Source: an uncultured Clostridium sp.
GTDB lineage: Bacteria; Bacillota_I; Bacilli_A; RF39; UBA660
Direction of reading: 5' to 3'
Length of the DNA: 64,000 bases
Assembly (NCBI GenBank): GCA_964589375.1
Contig: CAZPSA010000001.1
Location: forward strand, 1,410 to 65,409
Shown here: piece after piece, positions 18,114 through 28,389 of the stretch
Numbering within the stretch: position 1 is the first letter of the stretch
Layout: each line of letters starts with the position of its first letter
Program-made: the position numbers and the translations under genes
The notes under the pieces: generated by a model
What the model was told of the DNA's origin: nothing
Database searches by the model: none
What the model saw: only the letters and a program-made list of their open reading frames with translations

Positions 18114-21100
18114 CTAACTACCCTTTCCAAAGAAACTTCCACTAGGTTTAACTACTTTTGGTGCTTCAGTTTTGGTGGGACGAAATCTTTCAGTTGTATC
18201 TCTTATTGCTTTAATTGCAGTTGACTCATAATAGTCTGGAGATTTTCCCGGTCTAAATAATCCACTTGTTGCAAATATTCTAATCATTTGTTCTTTATCA
18301 CCATTACACCAAAATGCTAGCCTATTCATTAAACTCATATCTGAATTACTATGATTATTTTGTAAGTCTTGTCCTTCATATAATGCTTTAAAAGTTTCTC
18401 CATGTTTAGAATTAATTGCTTTTTCTACAACATCTCTATCACTCATTAAAGATAAACCTTCTACACCCTCACCACATCCCATAAATGGTGTTCTTTTATC
18501 ACAAGTTGCTTCTAGTATTTTCTTTATTGGTAGGGCGTCAAAGTTTCTTAAACTATTAGACTCTTCATTTATTAAATCACCAGTCATTGCGATAAAGTGA
18601 GACTTTTGATAAAACTCTAAATCACCATTTCTTGAAAATGTTCTTAAATCCATTCCATTTGTTTTTCCAAATAAATGAACTCCATTTCCACTAATTGAAG
18701 TTTCTGCATATGTGTTATCACTAGCAAATAAAACCTCTTTTGTAAGCGGTGAGTATGATCCATCTTTTGTAATACACTTATCTAAATCAATACAACAAAT
18801 TCCATTCTTTCCATCTAACGCATAAGCTAATGTTTCACAATTATTTTCTCTTGCATATTTACATGCTTCATCAAAAGTTGTCCAAGTAGTTGGATCATCA
18901 CTTCTTGCAAACTTGCCTGTATGAACATCAATTAAGAATTTATCAAGGCGTCCTTTAGTTTCATTTTCTCTTGTCCTAACTACTACCCAGTTAGGCATTT
19001 TTTTCATTTCTTCAGGAACATTTGCCCTTAACACTTTTTCTCTTTCAACAAATGCATTATTTGTAACACTACTAGGTCTAACAAGACCAGATTCATAATC
19101 TTTTAAATCTTTTCCACCTACTTCACTAATAAACTCATCAACCTTTAAAATGATTTGTTCATTAGACTTATTCTTAAGTGTTATTTCCATATCATCTTGA
19201 AGATTAATTCTTAAATGAGTATCACTTGTATCTTTAATTAATTTATTAGGTAAATAATAACAAAAACCTTGATATGAACCATTTGGCATTTTAAATAAAC
19301 TAGACTCTTCATAAACACCAAGTCTTGCCTCTTTATTAACTGATACTACATTCCAGTTAGTATTTGATTTTCTATAATCATCAATATTTGATGAGTCCAT
19401 TTCTTCAATTAAATCAAATGGAGTAATTTTAGTTATTTCATTTGTTTCTCTATTTTTAACACTAATACTAAAATTGTCTGGTAAAGAGATTTTTAGTCTT
19501 CCATCTTTTAACTTATCATCTTCCACAAACCTATTAGGAATATAAAAGTCTTGACCTTTATACTTTGAATAATTAGGTAAAACAAATAAAGATGATGATT
19601 CATACTTTCCAATTCTTGACTCAACTGGAACAGATAAGGTAACCATTTCATTATAAGATTTAGGTGTCTCATAATCTTTGTCCATTGTTCCTCTAACTAA
19701 CTTTTCAAACTCTAACCCAGTAACAACCTTTTCTTTATCACCATTTCTTAAAATGATTTGTTCATTTTCTTCCACAATTAACTCTAAACAAAGTTCTCTT
19801 GAATCACTTTGTAAATCTGTAATCATTCTTCCTTGTTTGATCCTAGAATTAAACATATTGTAAGTATAACCACCATACTCTTCATGAGATGTAGGCATTC
19901 TTAAAAATGAATGATTATCATACTTTCTAATTAAAGCAGAAGTTGGAACATTTATCTTAAGCCAATTCTTCTTTTCACTTTCAACTTCATGATTTTCTTG
20001 CATAATGTTTTCTTCCTCCTTCACTAAATTTTTATTATATTTTTCGTTATAGCTAACAACTAGATTATTAATTTCAGAATAGTTTTCTATGCTTGAATAT
20101 TCTTCTTTTAAATAGTAATCAAATAAACTAGAAAGTATTGGTACATTTTCTCTAAATAACATTTCATATTCTTTATCATCTAAATTATTTTCTTCACTTG
20201 TAAGAAAGTCTTTTAGTTCAGTAAAGAAATGAATCTTATAACTTTCTTTAAATGCTTCATCATTTCCTTTTGATAAAATATCTTTTCTTAACTCTTCATA
20301 CTCATTTATCACCTTGTGTGAAACCATTTCTTTATAGAAATTATTCTTACTTAAGTATGTCTTTAACTCTTCATTATCCAAATTACTAATTAACTCATTT
20401 CTAATTTCTTCATTAGAAAATCCAAATTGTAAGATAACTCCTTTTCCAAAACTATCTTCAATTCTTTTACTAAATTCATCAGCTAACACTTTACCAAATC
20501 TTTTTTTATCATCACTACTAGACTCTCCAAGTGGTAAAACAAAACGTTTGATATATTCTTTTTCATTTGCATTCACATCTAAAAACTTTGTATGATCTTC
20601 TTCCATATAATCAAGCATTTCATTTACAACTTCACTTGATGTTGTAATAAAGTCAAGTCTTGTATTAAAGTAATCTTTAGCTTCATTACTTTTTAAAAAC
20701 TCAATCCACTCTGGTTTTTCTATTCCAAATAGTCCATCATGATTTTCTATATCACTATCATCATCAAGTTTACTTTCTGTATCATTAGGATATAATTTAT
20801 AAACATCAAGTCCTAACTTTCTCATCACATCTACACTATTAACTTTTATAGGTAACATTCCATTCCAACTATAACCATACTTATTCATCTCATCTTGACT
20901 CACTTCATATGATGGAAGAATATTAACTCTTAAACTTGCGACTTTATCGAATGGTTCAATAATTTCACTCTCCTTTATATCTTCTATAATAACTCCTCTA
21001 TAGTTGTTATTTTCATCTTCACTTATCACTACATCATCACTTTTATTTAAATCAAGTTCAGCATTAATTTCATTTAACTCAATCTGTAATTCTTCTAATT

Positions 21101-24100
21101 TTTCTTTATGTTCAAAAGGCATATCAACTTGCACTTTGGCATCACTTAAATCTTTCTTTAATTGTTCTAGTTTTCTTTCTACTCTATCTTCTCTTAAAGG
21201 AAACTCTTTAAAGAAATTATCAAGTCTAGTCATATTACCTATTGAACTTGTTCCAATATCCATTGTGTATCTTCCACTAGCAGATAAAGTAATAGAACGT
21301 TCTTGAGTAAGTAAGATAATCGGATTTAAACTTATTTTAAAACCATTATATTCAGCTATTACTTCATCATCTTTAGCTACCATTAAAGCATCACCTAATG
21401 CTTTAGTTCCTTCTTTTTTATCAGTATAATTAATACCTTTTACATTAATTAAAAAATCTTCACTATCTGGTTTATAAAGACTATTTAGTAAACTAATATC
21501 CTTTTTTAAGTTTTCTAAATATAACTCTTGTTTACTAATTGCAAGTGGTAGGTCACGTCTAATCTTATCTTGAAGAAGATATAAATTCTTTTTATACTGT
21601 CCTTCTAACACTTTTAGTCTTGCTATTTCAGTATCAAGTTCCATCTTTCTTTTAATTTTAGGGTTAGCGGCTGTTATTGCTTTAATCTCTGCAAAAGTTA
21701 AAGTTGCCTCATCTATATCATCAGCTTCTCTAATAGTTAGATTTCCATTATTTACTTGAGAAATAAATCTTTGTTTGTTTTCTAATATTTGATAAGAATA
21801 TGAGTCAAATGTTCTTTCAGTTACATAAGTATAAATTTCAACCTCACTATTTTGATTTCCTTGTCTTATAATTCTTCCTTCCCTTTGTTCCATATCACTT
21901 GGTCTATATGGTGTATCAAGATGGTGAAGAGCGATAAGTCTTTTTTGTACATTAGTTCCAGCTCCACACTTTTCAGTACTTCCAATTAAAACTCTAATCT
22001 CACCTTCATTAACCTTACTAAACAATGCTTGTTTTTGAAGATCACTATTTGCTTCATGAATGTAAGCTATTTCTTCTTTTGGAATACCTAAGATAGTTAG
22101 TTTATATTTAAGGTCATTATAAACATCAAAATCTTTTCCATATTCATAATCATCAAATGCACACTTTGGAGTAGAAAGATCACAAAATATAAGTTGTGTT
22201 CCTTTAAAATGGTTTGTCTTCTTATAGACTTCACTTACCCTATAAGCACATTCATTTAGTTTACTTCCCATTTCATCAACTGCATTTGGATCAAAACATC
22301 TAGGGTCAAGAGCTAACTTTTTACCATCAGATGTAACTTTAAGCATATTATCAATATGTGGATCAACTCCACCACCACTAATGGCTTCAGCTCTATCCGC
22401 AATTTCTTCAGCAAGTTCAATAATGTTTTCACTTGGTTTAAGTGTGATAACATTTCTTACTTGATTTGGAACATCAAGCTTTATCATGTCTTTTGTTTTA
22501 ACATCAGCAAAACTTCTATATAAAGTTAAAAGTTCAGGTAAATTTGTAAACTTTGCAAATCTAGTTTTTGCACGATACCCTTGTCCACTAGGTGACATTT
22601 CAAGAGATGTAATAGTTTCACCAAAATCTGCTGCCCATCCATCAAAATATGTAATTCCAAGTTCTTGTAATGTACGTGGCTGTAGATATGTTTGCATTGT
22701 ATACATTTCAGTCATTGAGTTAGATATTGGTGTACCAGTTGCAAAAACAATTCCTTTATCACCTTTATGAAGTTCATTAATATATTCACACTTTAACTGT
22801 AAGTCAGTAGCTCTTTGACTAGCAGCAGTTGAAATACCAGATACATTATTCATTTTTGTATATAAAAATAAATTCTTATAAAAATGAGCTTCATCTATAA
22901 ATAAGTAATCAACTCCTAAATTTTCAAATATTAGTACACTATCTTTCTTCCCTTCATCAAGAAGTTTTTTAAGACTTGTTTCTCTACTTTTTTTAATTCT
23001 TTCTAAATTTTTAATTGCGCCCCTAGGTACCCCATCAGTTTCCCAACCATTTCTAATACTTGCTTCAATTTTAGATATTTCTTCTTTAATCTTTCTAATT
23101 TGGCGTTCAGTTGAAATTGGAATTTTCGCAAATGAACTCTGTGCAATAATTACAGCATCCCAATCCCCTAGTGCAACTTTAGATACAAACTTTTCTCTAT
23201 TTGTTTTTTCTAAATCTTCTTTAGTTGCAATTAAAAGATTAGCATTAGGGTATAATGTTCTAAACTCATTTGCCCACTGTCTAACTAAATGATTAGGAAC
23301 TGCTATCATTGGTTTTTTAGCTAGTCCATACTGTCTTAACTTCATAGCAGCTGCACATATTGTATAAGTTTTACCTGCACCTACTACATGATGTAAAAGT
23401 GTATTTCCACTTGTGATAATTCTATGTACTGCATCTTTTTGATGATCTTTTAGTGTGATTGTTGGGTTCATTTCTGGAAACCTTAAGTAAGATCCATTAT
23501 ATGTTGGTAGTCTTATTTGATTAAATAAATTATTATATGTTTCTTCTAACATGTCACGTCTTTCTGGATCTTTAAAAATCCATTCTTTAAACATTTCTTT
23601 AATTCTATTTTGTTTTTCTCTAGCAGCAATTGTTTCTTCTTTATTTAAAACTCTTTTTTCTTTACCATCAACTTCAATGGTGTCATAAATACTAGTTGAT
23701 TTTAAATTAAGTGAATCTTCAAATAATCTAAAAGCAGAAGCTCGTGAAGTAGATAAACTTGCTATTTTTTGAGATCTAAATCCTCTTACATAATTAGCAG
23801 TTAAATCTACTCTATAGCTTGAATCATGTTTGTTATAAAAGACATCTATTCCACTAGCATAATAATAAGGAATATCTAGTGTTTCTACTAAGAAGTCTTT
23901 ATATATTTTTGTATCAATCCAACTTGCTCCAAGTCTTACAGCAATTTCAGTTGCTTTTAATGGAGGAGGTTGAACTTCTTCTAGAGCCTTAACATTCTTT
24001 TCAAATCCAAAGTTAGGATATGAGTTTTTATAATTAAATGCGGTAATTAGTTTCTTCTTTACATTTCCACTTAAATACTCTTCACTTGTTACAAAGCCAG

Positions 24101-27100
24101 AATATTTATCGTCAATCGTAATGAGTTCTGGATCACGAAATATACTACTACCAAGTTCTTTAATAATTGTGTCATAGTCTTTTTTAGTTAGACTTTCAAT
24201 ATAAGAAATATCAACTCTACCCAGTTCATTTTTAGAAATTTGTAATGCTTCAAATGAATCGTTTATGGATGTAATTTTCGTATATGGTCTAATTGTTCTT
24301 TTAAAATAAATATCAGCTTTAGTTGCAGTTTTTTTATCACTTGAAATAAATTCAGATGCAAATAAAAGTGAAGAGTCTCCATCATCTTTAAATAACTTTG
24401 TATTAACACTACTATTTAAGAATCCATACTTTTTCACAAACTCATCATACTTTTGATTTAGTTCTACTTGTTCAGTAGCTAACACTTCATCACTACAACC
24501 ACTAATTTGTAAATCAAGTATATTTCTTAAACTTTTTCTTAACTCAATCATCTTTGTTATTCTTATTAAAGCATCTTTTGGAGTTTTAGGAATTTCAACT
24601 TCCTCCATTTCATCATTTACTCTTTGATAAAGTTTATTATCAACTACTTTAAAGCAAAGATTTTTTAAATCATAATCAACTTCTATTCTTTCATTATTTG
24701 ATTCAATTAGTTCTTCATTAATACTTTTTTCAAAAATATCTTGTGGTAAAAGTTTTACTGCATCATCAAGTGCTGTACTTAATTCTCTTTCATCTGGAAT
24801 AACAGTTAAATCAATAGCTCCATATAAACCAAAATCTTCTTTTAGTGTTCCTAAAATCATTTCTTTGTGATTTATAAAGTAGTTATTAAGTTCATAACCA
24901 AATTCATTTTTTGATACTCCAAGCCACTCGGTGTTCTCAAGTGTTGCATTTATTGGAGTATCTCTTTTTTTAAGAAATAAAATATCAGCAACTGCTTCAG
25001 TTCCAGCTAGTTTTTTAAATGCAGTATTAGGTAATCTTATTGCTCCAATTAACTCAGCTCTATCTGCAATATATTTCCTTGCATTTTGACTTTGCTTGTC
25101 CATTGTTCCTTTACTTGTAATTACAGCAACAATTCCACCAGGTCTTACTTTATCTACTGATTTTGCAATAAAGTAATCGTGGATTAAAAGATTATATTTA
25201 TTGTAATCTTTGTCATAAACTGAATATCCTCCAAAAGGAACATTTCCAACCACTAAATCAAAATGATTATTTGGAAAAGTAGTGTCTTCAAAACCTTTAA
25301 TTTGAATATTAACATTTGGATAAAGTTTTTTAGCAATACGACCAGTAATATTATCTAGTTCAACTCCATATAGTTTGGAATCATTACTAATAACCTCTGG
25401 CATAAACCTAAAAAAGTTTCCTGTTCCCATTGATGACTCAAGAACTTTATTGCTTCCTTCAACACCAAACTTTTCTAGTGATTTATAAATTCCTTCTATT
25501 ACTTCACGAGATGTAAAGTGTGCATTTAATACACTTCCTTTTGCTCTTTCATAATCAACATCACTAAGTAGTGATTTAAGTTCAATGTACTCATTTTTCC
25601 ACTTTTCATTAAACTCATCAAATGCTTGAGCAAGTCCACCAAATCCAACATACTTAAGTAATACTTTTCTTTCTTCATCAGTAGGATTTCTATTTTCTTC
25701 ATAAAGTCTCTTTTGTAATTTAATAGCTTCAATATTGTTTTTAAATCTTTGTTTTAATCCACCAAGTTCTTCATCTTCTACTATTTCTTCAACTTCACTA
25801 ATTTCAACATGCTCTTCTTCAAAATTTTGTATTTCTTCTTCATCCTCAAATTCAACATTCTTACAATAATCACCATAGTAAACTACATCAATCCCATCTT
25901 CCATTACTTCAACATCAGCAACTTTAATACTATCTTCAAGGTGATATAAATATAGATCTAAATGCTTTCTTACAAAATCTTCATCTTCACCAAATTCATC
26001 AAAATAAGTAACCCAAGAAAGTGATGTTGTGTTATCTACTGCTTCTTCAATTTTTTCTTCAACTAAAGATTTTATCTTTTCATTAATATCTGGATTTTCT
26101 TTTATGAAGATAAACATATCTAGCCTATCTTTCTCATCAGCTGTTAAATAATTATCTTCATCTATTAAATCAGCAACATGAACTGCAACTTCATTCCATT
26201 TAAGAAATACTTTTGCATTATCATCTTCATGTTCTTTATCCTTATTTTCTAGATAAAGACCTTTAGAGTCATTCCACAAGTTATGAGTAGAATCACTCAT
26301 ACCACCTATTCCATATTCATCTTTAATAAATTTAGCAAAGTCTGAAAGTGTAGGATTTTTATGATACTCATAATAAATTCTTAATCTTCCATCTACAAAT
26401 CCACTACCATGTTTAATTCCCCATTCAATTAATTTTTCTTCTTTTATCTTCTCACTTGATACATCAAATAAAGTAAGTTCTTTTTTCTTTCTATCTTTAA
26501 TTCCAGTTTGCTTTGATTTAGACTTATTAGAAGAGTGTTCCTCTTTAACTAATATTTTTTCGTTTTCAATTTCCTCGTTAATGTCTATTGATTCAATTTC
26601 TTCATCAAATGATTCTTGTTCAAAATCATCAAGAAATTCTTCATGAATCTCATCAACATTAATTTCTTCTTCTTTTTCTAAACTAGACAGATATGCTTCT
26701 TCAATTTCTTTTTGTATCTCATGAGCTTTAAAATAAATTTCTTTAAATAGGTTTGCATTCTCATTTAATGAATAAGGAAGAGGATTAATATAAATATTAT
26801 CTTGATTAGGTTTATCAGTTTTTGAATATAAGATATAACTAATACCTTCAATTAATGACTTATTTCTAGTTAAGTCATTTGCAAGATAGTTATCATTTTC
26901 AAGATAATTTTTAATACCATTATGGATTTTTCTATAATCACTTCTTTCATCATTAATTAGGTTTGTATTATTAATTTCATCTAACCCAATTAATAATCTT
27001 TCTAATGGATAATAATATCTTGTAAATTCTTCTTTTCCATTTGTATCACTACTATCAAATAAATATCTTTTATATCCATTTGTATCATAATATGGAATCC

Positions 27101-27320
27101 CTTTTGCTCCTCTATTAATCCTTCTTCCTATTTCATTCCACTCTTCAAATGAATGACAAATTTCTAAATCATTTCTTTGAATAATTACTTGACATGCAGT
27201 ATGAAGAGTAATGTGTGGATTAATTGATGTAAAGTGATAAAAAGATTTAAGCTTTGAACTATTCCTTAGCATTTCATCTATTAGTTCATTTCTTTTGCTT
27301 AATCTTTTCACTTCATTCAT
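18114..27320 (-). CDS. 3068-aa polyvalent conjugative-element protein: ArdC-N-like, N6-adenine DNA methyltransferase, SNF2/DEAD helicase, repeat modules, AEP prim-pol and a PriCT-like tail
   Basis: The methylase (aa ~520-800) has VLESSMGTGNFF (SAM motif I) and VVGNVPFG (motif IV). The helicase (aa ~1285-1860) has HHVVGAGKTYT, FIDEAHFYKN, CGAGTN and EQREGRIIRQG. The prim-pol (aa ~2765-2935) has CCIDLDKC and SISGNGVHLF. Confidence 0.9.
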   Translation of the reverse strand: MNEVKRLSKRNELIDEMLRNSSKLKSFYHFTSINPHITLHTACQVIIQRNDLEICHSFEEWNEIGRRINRGAKGIPYYDTNGYKRYLFDSSDTNGKEEFTRYYYPLERLLIGLDEINNTNLINDERSDYRKIHNGIKNYLENDNYLANDLTRNKSLIEGISYILYSKTDKPNQDNIYINPLPYSLNENANLFKEIYFKAHEIQKEIEEAYLSSLEKEEEINVDEIHEEFLDDFEQESFDEEIESIDINEEIENEKILVKEEHSSNKSKSKQTGIKDRKKKELTLFDVSSEKIKEEKLIEWGIKHGSGFVDGRLRIYYEYHKNPTLSDFAKFIKDEYGIGGMSDSTHNLWNDSKGLYLENKDKEHEDDNAKVFLKWNEVAVHVADLIDEDNYLTADEKDRLDMFIFIKENPDINEKIKSLVEEKIEEAVDNTTSLSWVTYFDEFGEDEDFVRKHLDLYLYHLEDSIKVADVEVMEDGIDVVYYGDYCKNVEFEDEEEIQNFEEEHVEISEVEEIVEDEELGGLKQRFKNNIEAIKLQKRLYEENRNPTDEERKVLLKYVGFGGLAQAFDEFNEKWKNEYIELKSLLSDVDYERAKGSVLNAHFTSREVIEGIYKSLEKFGVEGSNKVLESSMGTGNFFRFMPEVISNDSKLYGVELDNITGRIAKKLYPNVNIQIKGFEDTTFPNNHFDLVVGNVPFGGYSVYDKDYNKYNLLIHDYFIAKSVDKVRPGGIVAVITSKGTMDKQSQNARKYIADRAELIGAIRLPNTAFKKLAGTEAVADILFLKKRDTPINATLENTEWLGVSKNEFGYELNNYFINHKEMILGTLKEDFGLYGAIDLTVIPDERELSTALDDAVKLLPQDIFEKSINEELIESNNERIEVDYDLKNLCFKVVDNKLYQRVNDEMEEVEIPKTPKDALIRITKMIELRKSLRNILDLQISGCSDEVLATEQVELNQKYDEFVKKYGFLNSSVNTKLFKDDGDSSLLFASEFISSDKKTATKADIYFKRTIRPYTKITSINDSFEALQISKNELGRVDISYIESLTKKDYDTIIKELGSSIFRDPELITIDDKYSGFVTSEEYLSGNVKKKLITAFNYKNSYPNFGFEKNVKALEEVQPPPLKATEIAVRLGASWIDTKIYKDFLVETLDIPYYYASGIDVFYNKHDSSYRVDLTANYVRGFRSQKIASLSTSRASAFRLFEDSLNLKSTSIYDTIEVDGKEKRVLNKEETIAAREKQNRIKEMFKEWIFKDPERRDMLEETYNNLFNQIRLPTYNGSYLRFPEMNPTITLKDHQKDAVHRIITSGNTLLHHVVGAGKTYTICAAAMKLRQYGLAKKPMIAVPNHLVRQWANEFRTLYPNANLLIATKEDLEKTNREKFVSKVALGDWDAVIIAQSSFAKIPISTERQIRKIKEEISKIEASIRNGWETDGVPRGAIKNLERIKKSRETSLKKLLDEGKKDSVLIFENLGVDYLFIDEAHFYKNLFLYTKMNNVSGISTAASQRATDLQLKCEYINELHKGDKGIVFATGTPISNSMTEMYTMQTYLQPRTLQELGITYFDGWAADFGETITSLEMSPSGQGYRAKTRFAKFTNLPELLTLYRSFADVKTKDMIKLDVPNQVRNVITLKPSENIIELAEEIADRAEAISGGGVDPHIDNMLKVTSDGKKLALDPRCFDPNAVDEMGSKLNECAYRVSEVYKKTNHFKGTQLIFCDLSTPKCAFDDYEYGKDFDVYNDLKYKLTILGIPKEEIAYIHEANSDLQKQALFSKVNEGEIRVLIGSTEKCGAGTNVQKRLIALHHLDTPYRPSDMEQREGRIIRQGNQNSEVEIYTYVTERTFDSYSYQILENKQRFISQVNNGNLTIREADDIDEATLTFAEIKAITAANPKIKRKMELDTEIARLKVLEGQYKKNLYLLQDKIRRDLPLAISKQELYLENLKKDISLLNSLYKPDSEDFLINVKGINYTDKKEGTKALGDALMVAKDDEVIAEYNGFKISLNPIILLTQERSITLSASGRYTMDIGTSSIGNMTRLDNFFKEFPLREDRVERKLEQLKKDLSDAKVQVDMPFEHKEKLEELQIELNEINAELDLNKSDDVVISEDENNNYRGVIIEDIKESEIIEPFDKVASLRVNILPSYEVSQDEMNKYGYSWNGMLPIKVNSVDVMRKLGLDVYKLYPNDTESKLDDDSDIENHDGLFGIEKPEWIEFLKSNEAKDYFNTRLDFITTSSEVVNEMLDYMEEDHTKFLDVNANEKEYIKRFVLPLGESSSDDKKRFGKVLADEFSKRIEDSFGKGVILQFGFSNEEIRNELISNLDNEELKTYLSKNNFYKEMVSHKVINEYEELRKDILSKGNDEAFKESYKIHFFTELKDFLTSEENNLDDKEYEMLFRENVPILSSLFDYYLKEEYSSIENYSEINNLVVSYNEKYNKNLVKEEENIMQENHEVESEKKNWLKINVPTSALIRKYDNHSFLRMPTSHEEYGGYTYNMFNSRIKQGRMITDLQSDSRELCLELIVEENEQIILRNGDKEKVVTGLEFEKLVRGTMDKDYETPKSYNEMVTLSVPVESRIGKYESSSLFVLPNYSKYKGQDFYIPNRFVEDDKLKDGRLKISLPDNFSISVKNRETNEITKITPFDLIEEMDSSNIDDYRKSNTNWNVVSVNKEARLGVYEESSLFKMPNGSYQGFCYYLPNKLIKDTSDTHLRINLQDDMEITLKNKSNEQIILKVDEFISEVGGKDLKDYESGLVRPSSVTNNAFVEREKVLRANVPEEMKKMPNWVVVRTRENETKGRLDKFLIDVHTGKFARSDDPTTWTTFDEACKYARENNCETLAYALDGKNGICCIDLDKCITKDGSYSPLTKEVLFASDNTYAETSISGNGVHLFGKTNGMDLRTFSRNGDLEFYQKSHFIAMTGDLINEESNSLRNFDALPIKKILEATCDKRTPFMGCGEGVEGLSLMSDRDVVEKAINSKHGETFKALYEGQDLQNNHSNSDMSLMNRLAFWCNGDKEQMIRIFATSGLFRPGKSPDYYESTAIKAIRDTTERFRPTKTEAPKVVKPSGSFFGKGS
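19116..19967 (-). repeat. Three tandem ~85-95-aa protein modules inside the polyvalent gene
   Basis: The three copies start WLKINVPTSALIRKYDNHSFLRMP..., MVTLSVPVESRIGKYESSSLFVLPN... and WNVVSVNKEARLGVYEESSLFKMPN... Each ends in a ...I.L.N....E.I....EF/FD... strand pattern. Confidence 0.75.
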
Positions 27321-27607
27321 TTACTCATATTCCCCCCTTTCCTAAATGCTTCACTAATAATTTTGTTCTTAATTTTAAGTGAAGGAAAGTAGATAATATC
27401 AATTGCATTACTTGCTCCTACTAAATAGATTAATGATTTAATTTGATGCTTATTAAAGGTTTCATGTTCTGATAACTTTCTTTTAAGTTCTCCAATACTA
27501 ATTCCTAATCTTTTAGCAACATATGGTAATGTATAATTATTTTCATAGATCCATTTTTTAAGTTTTTTCTTTTTTAATGAATAACTATAAACTTTTTTAT
27601 TATCCAT
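27317..27607 (-). CDS. Small helix-turn-helix protein (ICE regulator), 4-nt overlap with the polyvalent gene
   Basis: YTLPYVAKRLGISIGELKRKLSEHETF is HTH-like. The SD GGAGGA lies 6 nt before the internal ATG at 27607, so I prefer that start to the track start at 27655. Confidence 0.6.
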   Translation of the reverse strand: MDNKKVYSYSLKKKKLKKWIYENNYTLPYVAKRLGISIGELKRKLSEHETFNKHQIKSLIYLVGASNAIDIIYFPSLKIKNKIISEAFRKGGNMSK

Positions 27608-27704
27608 AACTTGTCCTCCACTTAAAACTTTTAAAGAGAAAAAATATCCCCTCACTATATATGGAAAGTTAGGTGCAAAAACTTAAACGTTTTTTAGAAA
27701 AAAT

Positions 27705-28148
27705 TTAAAAATTTTTTAAATTTTTTTTCAAATTATTTAAAGCTCTCTCTAAAGTAATAGAAATACAAGCTTCTGATACTCCTAATTCTATTGAAACTTC
27801 TCTTTGTGTCTTTTCTTCAAAGAATATTTTAATAATAATTTCTTTTTGTCTTGGTCTTAATTTTTCTATTGCTTCATGTAATTTTTTATTAAATTCTTCT
27901 TTTTCTAATTCTTGTTGTTCTATTAATTCAATTTCATCTTCACTTATACTTGTATCAGCAAGTTCAAATCCATACTTTTGATTTAAGTATTCTAATGATA
28001 CAGTTCTTGCGTGATATGTTTTATCTTGTTTAAGTTGTCTTTCAAACTCTTTATTTAACTCCTCAATTAACTTTTCTTCATCAATATTTTCAGTTTCAAT
28101 TTCAATTGAATATTTAGTAGTCACTTTATAAATAACTTTCTTTTTCAT
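27705..28148 (-). CDS. Sigma-70 family (ECF-like, region 4) sigma factor, first gene of the ICE operon
   Basis: LRPRQKEIIIKIFFEEKTQREVSIELGVSEACISITLERALNNLKKNL is a typical sigma region-4 HTH. This parallels the sigma-like Orf7 of Tn916-type elements. Confidence 0.7.
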   Translation of the reverse strand: MKKKVIYKVTTKYSIEIETENIDEEKLIEELNKEFERQLKQDKTYHARTVSLEYLNQKYGFELADTSISEDEIELIEQQELEKEEFNKKLHEAIEKLRPRQKEIIIKIFFEEKTQREVSIELGVSEACISITLERALNNLKKNLKNF

Positions 28149-28158
28149 AATAAAAAAA

Positions 28159-28210
28159 CCTCCTTGTGAATTTCTAAATTTTCAAAAAAACTTAAAAATC
28201 CGCAAGGAGG
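28159..28210 (-). promoter_or_regulatory. Anti-SD hairpin able to sequester the sigma-factor ribosome-binding site
   Basis: On the minus-strand RNA, CCUCCUUG (from 28203-28210) can pair with the SD CAAGGAGG (from 28159-28166). This is 8 bp around a 36-nt A/U-rich loop, and the ATG is at 28146-28148. Confidence 0.4.
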
Positions 28211-28240
28211 CCCACGAATATAAAAATTAATACAAATTCT

Positions 28241-28291
28241 GCAAACAAAAAGGCAATCATAGTTAGATACTAGGTATCTAGCCATAATTGC
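28241..28291 (-). terminator. Strong hairpin plus U-tract (attenuator/terminator) between a leader ORF and the sigma gene
   Basis: The minus RNA reads GCAAUUAUGGCUAGAUAC-CUA-GUAUCUAACUAUGAUUGC, an 18-bp stem with two G-U pairs and one mismatch. It is followed by CUUUUUGUUU. Confidence 0.55.
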
Positions 28292-28326
28292 TAGTTTATT
28301 TAAAATATTTAATTGTATAATACAGT

Positions 28327-28389
28327 CTACGTATTATCATAGCAACCGCTACGTATTTGAAGCGGCGTAATGTCGTTTGTCCAACGCAT
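28327..28389 (-). CDS. 20-aa leader-type ORF with a strong SD upstream of the attenuator
   Basis: AAAGGAGGG is followed after 8 nt by ATG. The peptide is MRWTNDITPLQIRSGCYDNT. This stretch is visibly more GC-rich than its surroundings. Confidence 0.3.
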   Translation of the reverse strand: MRWTNDITPLQIRSGCYDNT

